Source: Armatimonadota bacterium
GTDB taxonomy: Bacteria; Armatimonadota; Zipacnadia; Zipacnadales; UBA5352
DNA length: 15,551 bases
NCBI GenBank assembly: GCA_034722055.1
Contig: JAYENL010000016.1
Span: 1-15,551 of the forward strand
Reading direction: 5' to 3'
Shown in pieces: positions 14,593 to 15,551 of the stretch. The notes beneath the pieces are model-generated. The model had not been told where the DNA came from and ran no database searches. It saw only the letters and a program-made list of their open reading frames with translations. Position 1 is the stretch's first letter; each line of letters begins with the position of its first letter. The position numbers and the translations under genes are program-made.

Positions 14593-15417
14593 CTACCTCG
14601 GATCGCAGAAGGGCTTCAGCCCCGGGATGCCCGGGCGCAGGCGATACACCGCCCCATTCTCGACCTCCGTGACGTGAAGCTCGTCCATCTCCTCGCCGCC
14701 AAAGGCCACGTTGGTGGGCTTCTCCCCGCCGGCGGGAAGCTGGTCGATGAGCTCACCGCCCGGCGAAAAGACCTTGACCTCTCCTGCGCCGAAGTGCGCC
14801 ACGTAGAGGTTGCCGTCCACGTCCAGCGCCATGCCGTCTCCGCCGACGCCGCCGGGCGTAAGTGCGAACTCCTCCGGGCCGTCCAGGCCGCCGTCCTCGC
14901 GCACGTCGAAGACCAGGATGCGGTGCGCGGCGGTCTCGGCCACATACAGCCGCCTGGCGTCGCCCGTCAGCGCCAGGCCGTTGGGGAAGCGCATGCTGTC
15001 GGCCACCACCGCCAGCGTCCCATCACGCTGCGCGTGGTAGACCACGCCGACGGGCGCCTCGGCGCTGGAGCCGCCGGGGCCGGTCATGTAGATGGAGCCA
15101 TCCGGATGGAAGACCAGGTCATTGGGCGCCTGCAGCGGCTGGCCCTCCCACTCTCCCGCGATCTCCACCAGCTCCTGGCCATCGTAGCGCATGAGCTTGC
15201 CCAGCCCGGCCTCGGCGATCCACAGGACGTTCTCCTCGTCGAAGACCGCAGCGTTGGGCGTGCCATCGGTGTTGACGTAGTTCTCGGCCTTCCCGCCGCA
15301 GATGCGCGTGATCCAGCCGTTCCCGCACTGGGTGAAGTAGAGGTCGCCCGCGGCGTCGAAGCACGGGCCCTCCGGGAAGTCGAAGCCGTTGGCAACGAGC
15401 TCGATGCTGTGATCCAT
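14593..15417 (-). CDS. SMP-30/gluconolactonase/LRE-family six-bladed beta-propeller
   Basis: FPEGP, APNDL, FPNGLAL, LYVAET, GDGMALDVDGNLYVA, PTNVAFGG; strong SD AGGAGAAGGAG; no signal peptide. Confidence 0.92.
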   Translation of the reverse strand: MDHSIELVANGFDFPEGPCFDAAGDLYFTQCGNGWITRICGGKAENYVNTDGTPNAAVFDEENVLWIAEAGLGKLMRYDGQELVEIAGEWEGQPLQAPNDLVFHPDGSIYMTGPGGSSAEAPVGVVYHAQRDGTLAVVADSMRFPNGLALTGDARRLYVAETAAHRILVFDVREDGGLDGPEEFALTPGGVGGDGMALDVDGNLYVAHFGAGEVKVFSPGGELIDQLPAGGEKPTNVAFGGEEMDELHVTEVENGAVYRLRPGIPGLKPFCDPR

Positions 15418-15448
15418 GATGCTCTCCTTCTCCTAGTCTGCGCGGGCC

Positions 15449-15551
15449 CTACATGTCGAACATGACCGTCTGCACGCCTGGAGGCACGTTCAGCTCCCGC
15501 GTCTTGATGTTCAGGGTGGCCCCCTGCTCCGACTCGATGACCATGCTCAGG
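15449..15551 (-). CDS. C-terminal fragment of an unknown protein (enters from the right edge)
   Basis: Hand translation ...LSMVIESEQGATLNIKTRELNVPPGVQTVMFDM*, stop TAG at 15449-15451, GC3-rich codons. Confidence 0.6.
   Translation of the reverse strand, partial: LSMVIESEQGATLNIKTRELNVPPGVQTVMFDM

Noticed and set aside
14593..15417. Gluconolactonase as part of the acylation/glycan system
   Set aside because: Common enzyme, separated by 200 nt with hairpins and a candidate promoter; no sequence evidence of a link.
356..15465. Many long plus-strand ORFs (e.g. 2027..3637, 6155..7771, 994..2154, 14455..15465) and alternate-frame minus ORFs
   Set aside because: Shadows of real minus-strand genes in high-GC DNA where stops are rare; Arg/Pro/His-rich translations with no recognisable motifs.
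1..15551. Mobile island, prophage, tRNA/rRNA, or a taxonomic assignment
   Set aside because: No integrase, transposase, att site or RNA-gene signature; composition looks uniform apart from small AT-rich patches; no marker allows a supported lineage call.

Overview
High-GC bacterial DNA in which every supportable gene lies on the minus strand. In transcription order (right to left): the 3' end of an unknown gene, an SMP-30/gluconolactonase, a lone 2-oxoacid-dehydrogenase E1 beta subunit, and a ~530 nt spacer packed with GTAG/GGAG-footed REP-like palindromes. A tightly coupled surface-polysaccharide operon follows: GT2, acyl carrier protein, a pair of atypical alpha/beta-hydrolases resembling the exosortase-A-associated 'hydrolase 2/hydrolase 1' families, three GT4s, a divergent MurJ-like flippase, a fourth GT4, and lipB. 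Downstream are a hypothetical membrane protein, a divergent O-antigen ligase/Wzy-like protein and two secreted proteins. The best candidate for a little-described system is an ACP-dependent, possibly lipoyl/ThDP-fed, glycan acylation module (E1-beta, LipB, ACP, Cys-elbow hydrolase, pseudo-hydrolase) embedded in the glycan locus. This is an inference from gene context and motifs only; E1-alpha, E2 and any acyl-activating ligase are absent from the window. No rRNA, tRNA, CRISPR array or transposase was seen. All family calls are by-eye motif recognition, not database results.
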